Source: an uncultured Verrucomicrobiae bacterium
Lineage (GTDB): Bacteria; Verrucomicrobiota; Verrucomicrobiia; Chthoniobacterales; UBA10450
DNA: 64,000 bases
Direction: 5' to 3'
NCBI GenBank assembly: GCA_963735805.1
Contig: CAVTMK010000002.1
Span: forward strand, 224,001-288,000
How positions within the stretch are numbered: the stretch's first letter is position 1; each line of letters opens with the position of its first letter. The translations under genes and the position numbers were made by a program. Under the pieces are notes generated by a model. That model was not told the origin of the DNA. It saw only the letters and a program-made list of their open reading frames with translations, and did not search any database. Positions 43,684 through 53,593 of the stretch are shown piece after piece.

Positions 43684-45060
43684 ATGAACGAAGAAAACGA
43701 AAACCAACCTGTACCGACTGAGTCTGCCTTGCCGGAACAACGGCAACATCGCCCGCGCCGCCGTTTCCCGCGAAAACGTTACCGGGACCGGGGTGATCGG
43801 TTCAGGCGCGAAGATTCCGCAGAGTCGACAAATTCTTCGTCAGTTAATGCCGATTCTGTCGGTGCGGTTACCGACGTAGAGACTCTCGACAAGTCGGCTT
43901 CGGGTGGGCGCGAGGGAGCGGAAGCTAATACCGAAGGCGGCGAGCAAGTTCAGGCCGAACCCGAATTTGGCGAAGGGATCATCGAAATCTCGGGCAAAGG
44001 TTTTGGCTTCTTGCGCGATGCGAAGCGTAACTTCGTACAAACGCCGCAGGATATTTTTGTGACCCCCGAAATTGTTCGCCGTTTCGGATTGCGCGATGGG
44101 ATGTGGATTTACGGTGAAACGCGACGCGGCAGTCGCGGCCCGCAGCTGGTCAAGCTGCTGAAGATCAACGGCGAAGAGCCGGCAAAATATCAGGGGCTCA
44201 CGCCATTTGAAGAGTTGACCACAATCAACCCGAACAAACGGATCAAGCTCGAGACGGTGCCGGACCGTTACACGACTCGGATTATGGATTTGATGACGCC
44301 GCTCGGAATGGGGCAGCGCGGTTTGATCGTTGCGCCGCCGCGCACTGGCAAAACAACACTGTTGCATCATATCGCCGACGCAGTGGCGAAAAATCATCCG
44401 GAGGTGATTCTGATCATTCTCCTTGTCGATGAGCGCCCGGAAGAGGTCACGGATTTTCGCCGTTCGCATCCAACGGCAGAACTGATGGCGAGTTCGAATG
44501 ACGCCGACATCAAAAGTCATACGCGCATTTCGCAATTGGCGATCGAGCGCGCGAAGCGTCTCGTCGAAGCAGGAAAACATGTATTTATCCTCCTCGACTC
44601 CATCACACGCACCGCTCGTGCATTTAACAATGCAATGTCAGGGGGAGGCCGCACGATGAGCGGCGGTATCGATGCGCGTGCCATGGAAATTCCACGGAAG
44701 ATTTTTGCCGCGGCGCGTAACACCGAGGAAGCCGGTTCTCTTACCATTGTCGCGACGGCGCTCATCGAGACCGGCAGCCGCATGGACGAATTGATTTTTC
44801 AGGAATTTAAAGGCACCGGAAACATGGAAATGGTGCTCGACCGGAAAATCAGCGACCAGCGAATCTACCCCGCTGTGGATATTTTTCTTTCCGGCACACG
44901 ACGAGAGGAGTTGCTGCTGCAACCGTGGGAACTGGAGAAAATTAATCTCATTCGGCGCGGCCTGGCCGGACACAAACCGGAAGAAGCGATTCAGAGACTG
45001 CTGATGTTTGTGAAAAAATTCCCGACTAACGCGGAGATGCTCAAGGGCATTCCGGGTTAG
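43684..45060 (+). CDS. rho: Transcription termination factor Rho
   Basis: GFGFLR, GQRGLIVAPPRTGKT, DERPEEVT, LDSITR, EFKGTGNME. Confidence 0.97.
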   Translation: MNEENENQPVPTESALPEQRQHRPRRRFPRKRYRDRGDRFRREDSAESTNSSSVNADSVGAVTDVETLDKSASGGREGAEANTEGGEQVQAEPEFGEGIIEISGKGFGFLRDAKRNFVQTPQDIFVTPEIVRRFGLRDGMWIYGETRRGSRGPQLVKLLKINGEEPAKYQGLTPFEELTTINPNKRIKLETVPDRYTTRIMDLMTPLGMGQRGLIVAPPRTGKTTLLHHIADAVAKNHPEVILIILLVDERPEEVTDFRRSHPTAELMASSNDADIKSHTRISQLAIERAKRLVEAGKHVFILLDSITRTARAFNNAMSGGGRTMSGGIDARAMEIPRKIFAAARNTEEAGSLTIVATALIETGSRMDELIFQEFKGTGNMEMVLDRKISDQRIYPAVDIFLSGTRREELLLQPWELEKINLIRRGLAGHKPEEAIQRLLMFVKKFPTNAEMLKGIPG

Positions 45061-45063
45061 TGT

Positions 45064-47823
45064 TCAGGGGCCTTCCGCGATGTAGCGCTCATAGAGCGTG
45101 TGAATTCTGTCGCGAGCATCGAGATAATCACGACGGAAAGCCTCTAGTTCCTGGTAGCCAAGCCGGATGGCAAACTTTCGTTGTTCGTCTGGATCGCTCG
45201 GAAGCGCTGAAACGCTTCTGTTGTCATACCGACGCAGGACAAGTTCGCACCGGCGCAGAAACGCATACGAATTTTTGAGCCCTGCAACGTCGGCGTAGTC
45301 CAGATGCCCGTGCTCGTTCAGTCGATCGACGGCTTGCTCCCAGTTCTCTTCCCAAATGGTTGCACGCATCTGCAACGCTTGAACCAGAAACTCAGCTTCG
45401 ATTATGCCACCGTTTCCCGTCTTTAAGTCGAGAAATTCGGACCCGCTTCCGCGCTCCCTCCGAATGCGCTCCACCATATCATCGATTCTTATGAAAAGGT
45501 CGGCGTCCTGGCATGCCCGACGCCATGCGCGATTTGCGATCTCCATGAATTCGTTTTGTAACGGCCCACTAATGGCGCGCGACCGAGTCAGTGCCTGCAA
45601 TTCCCAGGGTTGTGCCCGGCTGGCATAGTACGATTCATAAGTTTCAAGAGAACAGACAAGCGGGCCTTTCTCTCCTTCAGGACGCAGCCTCGCATCCAGC
45701 GCCCAAATATCCCCCTCGGCAGTTGGTTGTGCCATGGCGCCCATTAGGTTCTGAGCGGCGCGAATGTCCTCGCCCACAAATAAAACGTCCAGGTCAGCGC
45801 CGTAGCTGATCTCGCGTCCTCCAAACTTTCCAAGCGCAATGATGGTCAATTGGTCGCTTGCGACGAGGTTCGCGACAAAAACCAGACACGCTTCCGCAAC
45901 ATCGGAAAGCTCGGAAAAGGTTGCCGCGGGTTGTATAAGTCCCAGCACGTCGCGCAGGATGATGCGTAATAGTTGCCGTTGGCGGTAGGCGCGTATCGGG
46001 TCGAGATTGTTTGCATCCGCGTCTAACGAATCCAGCCGTTTCAAATTTTCTGCTACCGACCGCGGTTCATCAAATGCTGAATCTCGGGTGATGTCTTCCA
46101 GGAGCTGCGGACGGCGAACCAAAAGCTCGCTGGCGAAGCGACTCATATCGAAGGTTTTTACAACCAGTTCCAGTAATCGAGGGTTTGCAACGAGAAGCTC
46201 AAAAAACAAGCTGCGCAAACCGTAACCTTCCACGAGGCGAACAAATTGATTCAGCGTCGCGTCAGGGTCTGCGGTTTTTGCAAGCCATTCTAGTAATGTC
46301 GGACGCAGCTTGCGAAAGATATGGCGGGTGCGCGGCGCGATATGGAAACTTGCAGCGCCCTGCGCGAGATCGGATAGGGCCTTGGCTGCTCGCTTCTGAT
46401 CGCTGAAAATTTCAAGGTCATCCGCCGTGGCTGACCTGACGGCCGCCATGGATGTTCCTGAAACGATCCGTTGAAAAATGGGACGCACTGCGCGCATCCT
46501 TTCTTGCAGCGTCGCAGCGAAATCATCACTGGATGAAAACCGGAGGCTGAGTGCAAGGCGCCGCAAGGCTTCGGGGTCTTGAGGAACGAGGTGCGTTTGC
46601 TGTTCGCCCTCGATCTGCAAACGATGCTCCACGCGGCGTAGGAACCGGTATGTATTGTCGCAAGTCAGCACTTCCTCGCGCGGAAGAAGGTCCAACTCGC
46701 GAAGCGCTCGCAGGGCTTTGAGCATACTTGGTTCCTGCAGGAACGGATGACGCGCTCCGTGGATAAGCTGTAGGGTCTGCACGATGAACTCGATCTCGCG
46801 AATGCCACCGCGTCCCAGTTTTACGTCGCGCTCCAGCTTGTCCGCGCCGACTATGTCCCGCTCGATGCGTCGTTTGATACCGGCGATCTCATCCAGCAAA
46901 TCGGGCGATGGACTCTTGGGATAAATAAAAGGCTGATGTTGCCGCAGGAATTCGTAAGCAAGTTCTCGGCTGCCGCCTACTCCGCGCGCCTTGATCAGCG
47001 CAAGGCGTTCCCAGGTTTCACCAAAGCCGGCGTAATAGTTTTCCATACTATCGAAGGAGCGGGCCAATGGCCCTGCCGAGCCTTCCGGTCGCAGACGCAG
47101 ATCTACGCGAAACAGCGAACCAGCCGGATGCCCGGTTGAGAACGTTTCCAGGATTCGTTTTGCCAGCCGGTTGAAAAATTCGTGATAGGAAATGTGTGCT
47201 GTGAGCTGGCCTTCCTCACTGTAGAGAAACAGGAGATCAACGTCTGAGCTGTGATTGAGTTCGCCGCCTCCAAGCTTGCCCAGTGCAAGGATGGCAAATT
47301 CCGCCTGGGGTGAACCATAACGTTGCCGCAATTCGGTGTTCCAATGTTCGAACACATTGCGAATGCAAATTTCCGCCACCTGCGAAAGTTCGGCAGTGGT
47401 CTCTTCCAGGGACGCTACATTTGCGAGCTCGCGAACAGCGATGCGGGTCATTTCGCGGCTCTTCCAAAAACGAAGGGCAGAAAAACCCTGGTCTGCGATT
47501 GAGTTGCCAGCCGACCTGCGCAGGTAACCCAACATTTCCGCATAGCTCCTGGGCGCGGAGCAGATTTGGGGCTGGCACAGCCACAGGAGGGTGTCAGGGT
47601 CGTGCGTAAGGCGCGCCGCGCAGATACTGGAGACCGCAAGAAGATGAAGCAACGCAGCTTCGCCCAGCGGAAATTGTTCCACGACATCGGCAAGGGGCTG
47701 GGCCGTTTCCGGCCAATGCTCACTAAGTTGAATCAGGACGGATTCGACCTGAGCGGGGTTAAGTGATCCAGCCGCTTTTCCGCGAATCCAGTGATCATTG
47801 CGATCCATCGCGCAGAACATCAC
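45064..47823 (-). CDS. glnE: Bifunctional glutamine synthetase adenylyltransferase/deadenylase
   Basis: Duplicated LGKLGG.E...SDVD and LGKFGG.E...ADLD, D.RLRPEG, GGIREIEF. Confidence 0.95.
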   Translation of the reverse strand: MMFCAMDRNDHWIRGKAAGSLNPAQVESVLIQLSEHWPETAQPLADVVEQFPLGEAALLHLLAVSSICAARLTHDPDTLLWLCQPQICSAPRSYAEMLGYLRRSAGNSIADQGFSALRFWKSREMTRIAVRELANVASLEETTAELSQVAEICIRNVFEHWNTELRQRYGSPQAEFAILALGKLGGGELNHSSDVDLLFLYSEEGQLTAHISYHEFFNRLAKRILETFSTGHPAGSLFRVDLRLRPEGSAGPLARSFDSMENYYAGFGETWERLALIKARGVGGSRELAYEFLRQHQPFIYPKSPSPDLLDEIAGIKRRIERDIVGADKLERDVKLGRGGIREIEFIVQTLQLIHGARHPFLQEPSMLKALRALRELDLLPREEVLTCDNTYRFLRRVEHRLQIEGEQQTHLVPQDPEALRRLALSLRFSSSDDFAATLQERMRAVRPIFQRIVSGTSMAAVRSATADDLEIFSDQKRAAKALSDLAQGAASFHIAPRTRHIFRKLRPTLLEWLAKTADPDATLNQFVRLVEGYGLRSLFFELLVANPRLLELVVKTFDMSRFASELLVRRPQLLEDITRDSAFDEPRSVAENLKRLDSLDADANNLDPIRAYRQRQLLRIILRDVLGLIQPAATFSELSDVAEACLVFVANLVASDQLTIIALGKFGGREISYGADLDVLFVGEDIRAAQNLMGAMAQPTAEGDIWALDARLRPEGEKGPLVCSLETYESYYASRAQPWELQALTRSRAISGPLQNEFMEIANRAWRRACQDADLFIRIDDMVERIRRERGSGSEFLDLKTGNGGIIEAEFLVQALQMRATIWEENWEQAVDRLNEHGHLDYADVAGLKNSYAFLRRCELVLRRYDNRSVSALPSDPDEQRKFAIRLGYQELEAFRRDYLDARDRIHTLYERYIAEGP

Positions 47824-47923
47824 GCGGATTTCATCGAAGGCCAGCTGGTTGGAACTGTGCTTCGACAGGGATCGCGCAAAACAATCGCTGCATGTTACAC
47901 ATGTAACGCAAAAACGATCAGGC

Positions 47924-48793
47924 TCACGACCGAGGCGCTAGAATGCGAAGCGCTCTCTCTCGAATTCGGAAATCTATCGGGCAATTCCCTGCCAGTTCAC
48001 CATCCAGCTCAAGGGGAACATCCTGCTCGCTCGTGATGCGCAGCTCTCGAGTCTGAAAATATTCGACCTCCGGAACGTTAATGTCGGAGCTGAAAACAAC
48101 GTCCTGGAGATATTTAATGATTTCGAGATAGCCGAGCCGTTTGAAGACGACTACATCAAACAAGCCGTCATCAATGATGGCGTGCTTAAAAAATGGGAAA
48201 GGACCTCCGTAAAGGCGACCGTTTCCAACAAGAACAAACGATCCCTCTTCCAAAGACGTATGGTCCGATTCGATGAGCAGCTTCGGCGGTTGCCGTGCGG
48301 CGATCTGCGCTGCAGAGATGAGATAACTTAGTGGGCCAAAGCTGCGTTTGAAAGCGAGGCTGGTCTCTTTCACCACTTGCGCGTCCAATCCCACCCCGGC
48401 CAGCTGTACAAAGTACTTTGCATTGGCACTCGGCAGATCGACCGTACGGACGTTTGTATCTTCGATGATGTCCCAACAGCGCTGGAGACTGTGCAACGGC
48501 AGGCCAAGCTCCATTGCGAAAACGTTTACGCTGCCCATGGGAAGCACGCCCAATGCGGCATCGCTGTCAGCGATTCCATTTGCAACCTGATTGACTGTTC
48601 CATCACCGCCTGCAGCGACGATTCGCGTAAATCCCTCCTTGACTGCATGCCGGGCTAGCGCCTCAGCTTCACCAGGGTGCGATGTAATCCGGACGGGACA
48701 ATCGTTGGCGAGCGACTCGACACGCTCCTGCCAGCTGTGGACGTGTTCCGGGCTGCCTGCGGTCGGATTAAGGATGACAACCGTCTCAGTCAT
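47924..48793 (-). CDS. YegS/DAGK-family lipid kinase
   Basis: NPTAG, GGDGT, LPMGSVN, ELDGE. Confidence 0.92.
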   Translation of the reverse strand: MTETVVILNPTAGSPEHVHSWQERVESLANDCPVRITSHPGEAEALARHAVKEGFTRIVAAGGDGTVNQVANGIADSDAALGVLPMGSVNVFAMELGLPLHSLQRCWDIIEDTNVRTVDLPSANAKYFVQLAGVGLDAQVVKETSLAFKRSFGPLSYLISAAQIAARQPPKLLIESDHTSLEEGSFVLVGNGRLYGGPFPFFKHAIIDDGLFDVVVFKRLGYLEIIKYLQDVVFSSDINVPEVEYFQTRELRITSEQDVPLELDGELAGNCPIDFRIRERALRILAPRS

Positions 48794-48854
48794 GGGGGAG
48801 AATAGCAGAGGGCTTTGGTCTTTTCTTCAAACTCGGGCTGGGTAACGTCTCACG

Positions 48855-50465
48855 GTGAAAAAATTGCGCAGGATTGCGTTGATTGCTCTCGGAGCGGTGA
48901 TTGCACTTGGTGCGATTTTGTTGACCGGCATAAATCTATATGTGCAATCGCAGGGTACCCACGCAAAGATTCAACAGGAACTGAGCCGGCGCCTCGGCAC
49001 TGCACTGGGAATTCGTAGCATGAGCGTGACTCCCTGGGGCGGACTGGAACTCAGCGGTATTACTATTGCGCAAACTTCGCCAGTTGGTCCGAGGCATTTC
49101 CTCGAAGCAAAGACGTTCCGGCTGCGCGTTCGGTTCCTTTCCCTTTTTTCGCGGCGTTTGGTGATTAAGGAGGTTGCGCTCATCGATCCAAACATTGTTT
49201 GGCTACAAGATGCGGGTGGAAAATGGAAATTACCCAGTTCGGCCAAGACCAAAAAGGCTGCTCCAACTGTGGCCCGGCCGGAAGTTGAAGGCCGATCTGC
49301 TCAAACCTCCGGCGCCCAGAGCGCGTCAGTTGTCGCCATTACTCCGGCAGATCTTCCTTCTCCAGTCCGGGCGCCAGTTATCGATCAACCGCCGAGACAG
49401 GAACCAAGACTGGCAGTGCCTCCGGAAGTTCGACGCGTCACTATTAAGAACGGCAATTTCACTTTTCTCGATCACGCTGGCAGGCTGCTGGCAAGTTTTA
49501 GCGGAGTCGACTTCGGCACCAGCATCCGCAGCGCTCTGGCACTTCACGGCAATACAAGGGTGGCAAGGATTTCATTGCAGAACCGTTTCTTTCTGGAAGA
49601 ACTGCGCTCCCCGCTGCGTTACGAACCGGATGTGCTGGAGCTTTCCAAGATTTCCGCGCGCGCCGGTAATGGCGAGATCAACGGCTATTTTGCCATGCAA
49701 CCGGAGGCCGAGGATTCTCCGTTCACAACGAGCGTAAAGTTTCACGATGTGCTGGCTGACCTGATTATCACGAACGCGGGGGGCCCAAAAGGAATGGTTC
49801 AGGGCAAATTGGAGGGAAATTTCCAAGCGTCCGGGAAAACTGCCAATCCGGAGGCACTTGTAGGAAGAGGCGAAATTTCGCTGCGGGACGGGCGAGTCCA
49901 GCAATACAGCTTACTGGTGCTATTAGGGGAGCTTCTGCAGATTGAAGAACTGAGAGAGCTTCATCTCGAGCAAGCGCAGGCAAAGTATCACGTCCGTCCG
50001 GGGTTGGTCACAATCGACGAGTTGATTTTGCGCTCCCCGAATATTCGTCTCACAGCAGCGGGAACAGTTGCGTTTAACGGAAAGCTGAAGCTCAATTCTC
50101 AGCTCGCGATCAACGACAAAATTCGTGGCCAGCTTTTCAAAGCGATTCGTCAGAATTTTCAACCGATCAATGAACCGGGCTATTCCGCCATAGACTTTCA
50201 AGTTGGCGGCACCATCGATCGGCCAAGCACAAACTTGATGGACAGACTGGTCGGGCGCGACCTTAGCAGCATGATCAACAGCTTCTTTGGTGGCGGAAAA
50301 AAGGAGCGAAAGAAGAAAAAGAAACAGATTGAAGAGGCCGCGCCGGCAACGCCTGAGCCTGGCGGTACGGGCAACGCGATGCCCATTGCGCCATCAACTT
50401 CTGCGTCACCGCAGGAGGCTCTGCCTGAGTTTACCGCAACGCCAACGCCAGCCTCTTCGCCATGA
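48855..50465 (+). CDS. AsmA-like protein
   Basis: N-terminal TM segment, beta-rich body, FQVGGTIDRP C-terminal motif. Confidence 0.8.
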   Translation: MKKLRRIALIALGAVIALGAILLTGINLYVQSQGTHAKIQQELSRRLGTALGIRSMSVTPWGGLELSGITIAQTSPVGPRHFLEAKTFRLRVRFLSLFSRRLVIKEVALIDPNIVWLQDAGGKWKLPSSAKTKKAAPTVARPEVEGRSAQTSGAQSASVVAITPADLPSPVRAPVIDQPPRQEPRLAVPPEVRRVTIKNGNFTFLDHAGRLLASFSGVDFGTSIRSALALHGNTRVARISLQNRFFLEELRSPLRYEPDVLELSKISARAGNGEINGYFAMQPEAEDSPFTTSVKFHDVLADLIITNAGGPKGMVQGKLEGNFQASGKTANPEALVGRGEISLRDGRVQQYSLLVLLGELLQIEELRELHLEQAQAKYHVRPGLVTIDELILRSPNIRLTAAGTVAFNGKLKLNSQLAINDKIRGQLFKAIRQNFQPINEPGYSAIDFQVGGTIDRPSTNLMDRLVGRDLSSMINSFFGGGKKERKKKKKQIEEAAPATPEPGGTGNAMPIAPSTSASPQEALPEFTATPTPASSP

Positions 50466-51076
50466 GAGTAATCGCCGGCAGCGCCGGCGGAATCCGCCTG
50501 GCAGTTCCGAAACATGGTGTTCGACCAACGATGGATCGCGTCAAAGCTGCCATCTTTTCCAGTTTGGGCGACGCCATCGTGCGTGCGCGCGTCCTCGATC
50601 TTTTCGCGGGAAGCGGTGCACTTGGAATTGAAGCGCTCAGCCGTGGCGCGTCGTCTGTTGTTTTTGTTGAGGGAGAGCGACAATCTGCAGATATCATCAC
50701 AGGAAATCTTGCCAGGACGAAGTTGAAAGGACGAGTTCGACAGCAGGACGTCTTCGATTTCATTCGAAACACCTCCGGCGCAGAACCTTTCGACATCATC
50801 TTCGCCGATCCGCCGTACGAAAAAAACGACGATGGCAAGCGCTTCACCGAAAAACTGGTCACAGACGAAGCAATGCCGCGACTGCTCGAGCCGAGTGGTA
50901 TTTTCGTGTTGGAAAAGCATCCGAACGAAGCTCTTCCCGGAATGCCGCAATGGCGGTTGCTTCGCCAGAAAACCTACGGCGCGACAGAAGTTCTTTTTTT
51001 GGTAGCAATCTGCGGGCAACTCCGGTCCGATTCGGCCAAGTCCGTGATTCCCAAACCGCAATCCGCAATTTCATGA
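50462..51076 (+). CDS. rsmD: 16S rRNA m2G966 methyltransferase
   Basis: MRVIAG, RPT.DRVK, LDLFAGSGALGIEALSRGA, DPPY. Confidence 0.95.
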   Translation: MRVIAGSAGGIRLAVPKHGVRPTMDRVKAAIFSSLGDAIVRARVLDLFAGSGALGIEALSRGASSVVFVEGERQSADIITGNLARTKLKGRVRQQDVFDFIRNTSGAEPFDIIFADPPYEKNDDGKRFTEKLVTDEAMPRLLEPSGIFVLEKHPNEALPGMPQWRLLRQKTYGATEVLFLVAICGQLRSDSAKSVIPKPQSAIS

Positions 51077-52377
51077 TTCGTTTCGTCTACAACCTGCTTT
51101 GGCCAGTCGGGCTGTTTTTCTTTTTGCCGGGCTATTTCGTGAAAATGATTCGGCGCGGCGGCTACCGCGAAAAGTTCGGACAGCGTCTGGGCATTTACGA
51201 TCGCGAACTACGCTCTCGCCTGTTAAAGCGAAAATCGACCTGGCTGCATGCGGTCAGTGTGGGAGAAGTAAACATCGCGTTGAAACTGGCCAACTCGTTA
51301 CGCGCGCTGGAGCCGGATTTGCACTGCGTGTTGACCACGACCACCACAACCGGTTTCGCTCTGGCAAACAAGAACGCTCCGCCATGGATCGAGGTCATGT
51401 ACACCCCTCTCGATTACTGGCCGATCATGCGACGCGCGTTTTCGGTGATCAGGCCGACGAGGATCTCGCTGGTTGAAGCTGAAGTCTGGCCGAATCTGGT
51501 CGCATTCGCTCACGAATGCCAGATTCCCACGATATTGGTAAACGCGCGCTTGTCCCCCAGATCGGAAAGGAGGTTTCGTCGGTTCCGCTTCTTCGTTACG
51601 CCAACATTTCGCCTTTTGGACCTGGTCTGCGCGCAGGAGCCGGATGACATCGATCGCTGGGCTGCGATTGGCGTTAAGCGCGATCGGATCCGTGTGGTCG
51701 GAAGTATCAAATACGATCCCGATGGGCGCGATCACACTTCGGAAGCGCAACTAAGCGGGCCGCACGCGGACTTGAGTAATATGGATCGACGGCGACCAGT
51801 GTTGTTCGGCGGCAGCACGCATCGCGGAGAAGAGGAAATTCTGACGACCATCTTTCTCCGCTTGCGTCGGCAATTTCCCTCATTGCAGTTGTTCATTGCG
51901 CCTCGTCATGTCGAACGTCTCCGCGAAATTCGCTCGCAACTTGCTGCCCTCCCGTTGCGCGTTGCGCCGGCGAGCGAAGTGAAGATTAATCGCGAGTCAG
52001 ATGCAGATTGTGTCCTTCTCGACACGACAGGTGAACTCCAGCGCTGGTACGGCATAGCCACAATCGTATTCATTGGAAAGAGTCTCACTGCGCAGGGCGG
52101 CCAAAATCCCGTGGAGCCAATCATGGCGGGTAAACCAGTCGTGTTTGGTCCGCACATGGAAAATTTCGCGTCACTCGCGGAGAGACTCGTGTCGAAGAAA
52201 GGTGCGATCCAGGTCCGCGATGCCAATTCCCTTGAACTAACGATCGCCGATCTTCTGGGTGATAACGAAGCGTGTCGACGCCTCGTCCGTAGCGCGCGCG
52301 AAGTTTTGAGCGAACATGAGGGTGCAACTGCGCGTGCAGCAGCGTTGATTCATCGACTGGGGTGCGAGAAGGAGTAA
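51073..52377 (+). CDS. waaA: Kdo transferase
   Basis: WLHAVSVGE, EAEVWPN, NARLS, GSTH, APRH.ER, GGQNPVEP. Confidence 0.95.
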   Translation: MIRFVYNLLWPVGLFFFLPGYFVKMIRRGGYREKFGQRLGIYDRELRSRLLKRKSTWLHAVSVGEVNIALKLANSLRALEPDLHCVLTTTTTTGFALANKNAPPWIEVMYTPLDYWPIMRRAFSVIRPTRISLVEAEVWPNLVAFAHECQIPTILVNARLSPRSERRFRRFRFFVTPTFRLLDLVCAQEPDDIDRWAAIGVKRDRIRVVGSIKYDPDGRDHTSEAQLSGPHADLSNMDRRRPVLFGGSTHRGEEEILTTIFLRLRRQFPSLQLFIAPRHVERLREIRSQLAALPLRVAPASEVKINRESDADCVLLDTTGELQRWYGIATIVFIGKSLTAQGGQNPVEPIMAGKPVVFGPHMENFASLAERLVSKKGAIQVRDANSLELTIADLLGDNEACRRLVRSAREVLSEHEGATARAAALIHRLGCEKE

Positions 52378-52451
52378 GAATAAAAGTCGATCCGGCTGGG
52401 CAATTTGCCTTGCGTAAAAGAACAGCAATTCTGATATTGCACGCGCTTTGC

Positions 52452-52524
52452 GACCCTATCGTCTAGAGGCCCAGGACACCGCCCTTTCACGGCGGTAACA
52501 CGGGTTCGAATCCCGTTAGGGTCG
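52452..52524 (+). tRNA. tRNA-Glu(TTC), CCA not encoded
   Basis: Acceptor GACCCTA/TAGGGTC, anticodon arm CCGCC-CTTTCAC-GGCGG, T arm ACGGG-TTCGAAT-CCCGT. Confidence 0.97.
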
Positions 52525-52692
52525 CGTTACAGCAGCAATTCTGCCTGGATGCGCGTGACTTGAAAAGCACGCGAACCGTTTACGAGACTACGTCGCGCGA
52601 CCAAGTTGCAAGGGCGGTTGCGCGCTCCGTCACCTGACAGACAATTCACGCCGTTGCGCGAATATGGCAGCAAATATCCTGGTTCGTAGCGG

Positions 52693-53343
52693 CTATTCCT
52701 TGGGGCGCTCCGAGACGTTAAAGAAATTCCACTCCCACGTCTTGCCGTTATCTGCTGAAAAAGCCTGACCCCAGACAGGACGTTCCTTGTTCCGCGCATC
52801 CCAGCGAAAGACGACGAGGATCGGTTTGCCATTAAGCGTGTCTTTGCCAAAGAAATGACCGACGCCGTTTTGGTCGAACGAACCGACGACGGGAGGCTCG
52901 ATCTTTCCTGTGTTGCTCGCGATCCAGTAGAGACTCCAAAGTCGTGTCTTTGAGTCGAATAATCGCAAAGTGAGACCTTCGAAAAGTTTGCCTCCCATTC
53001 CAGGAAACTGCGTGGTTGAGTACGTATCCATGTCGGCCGCGCCGTTTAGAATCTTGGTATTCACGTCCGAGGAATCGAACTCCGTCCAGTCGCGGCAATT
53101 GGCCAGCCGTTTATCCAGATGCCGGTTGTGCATTTTCCATTTCCCGACTAGAAAATCGAAGTCTTTAGGCGAGGAATTGGGCGAAGCAGTTATCTTGAGC
53201 TCGCCCTGAGCGTCCAATTCCACTTTGGGAATCGAGATACTTTTGTCCGCCGTCAGCTCTTTGTTTTCCGCCGGAGCAAAATGCGAAAGTGCTAAGACCA
53301 AACTGATAATCAGGCAATTTCTAGGAACGAAACTGTGTCCCAT
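52693..53343 (-). CDS. Secreted DUF1579-like protein
   Basis: Signal peptide; DFDFLVGKW, LYW...PPVVGSF and QAFSADNGKTWEWN. Confidence 0.75.
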   Translation of the reverse strand: MGHSFVPRNCLIISLVLALSHFAPAENKELTADKSISIPKVELDAQGELKITASPNSSPKDFDFLVGKWKMHNRHLDKRLANCRDWTEFDSSDVNTKILNGAADMDTYSTTQFPGMGGKLFEGLTLRLFDSKTRLWSLYWIASNTGKIEPPVVGSFDQNGVGHFFGKDTLNGKPILVVFRWDARNKERPVWGQAFSADNGKTWEWNFFNVSERPKE

Positions 53344-53504
53344 CGCTCAATCTAAAGGTAAAAACTGGGCATTAGCAAATCGCCTTCTCCAGCGAAGCGC
53401 GCCTATTTGCAGCCTTCGCCGAGTCGCTGCGTTTCCATCGTAATGCGCACTCTAGCGCACATTTATGTCGGAATTGCGCAACTTCAAGAGACCTTGAAAG
53501 AGGT

Positions 53505-53523
53505 TTCGAATCCCGTTAGGGTC
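53505..53523 (+). repeat. 19-bp direct repeat of the tRNA-Glu 3' end (attR-like)
   Basis: TTCGAATCCCGTTAGGGTC is identical to 52505-52523. Confidence 0.85.
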
Positions 53524-53593
53524 CGAGCCGGCTCGGATCCGAATTGAAAAAGCGCGATTGAGAACGCGGCTGCTATGCAATAATTTAAAGGAG

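Noticed and set aside
43684..43970. Low-complexity N-terminal extension of Rho
   Set aside because: Common in Rho proteins from many phyla; not unusual.
47924..48793. Lipid kinase as the ceramide kinase of the sphingolipid cluster
   Set aside because: It lies about 5 kb away among housekeeping genes, co-oriented with glnE; the YegS family is widespread and the sequence alone cannot assign a substrate.
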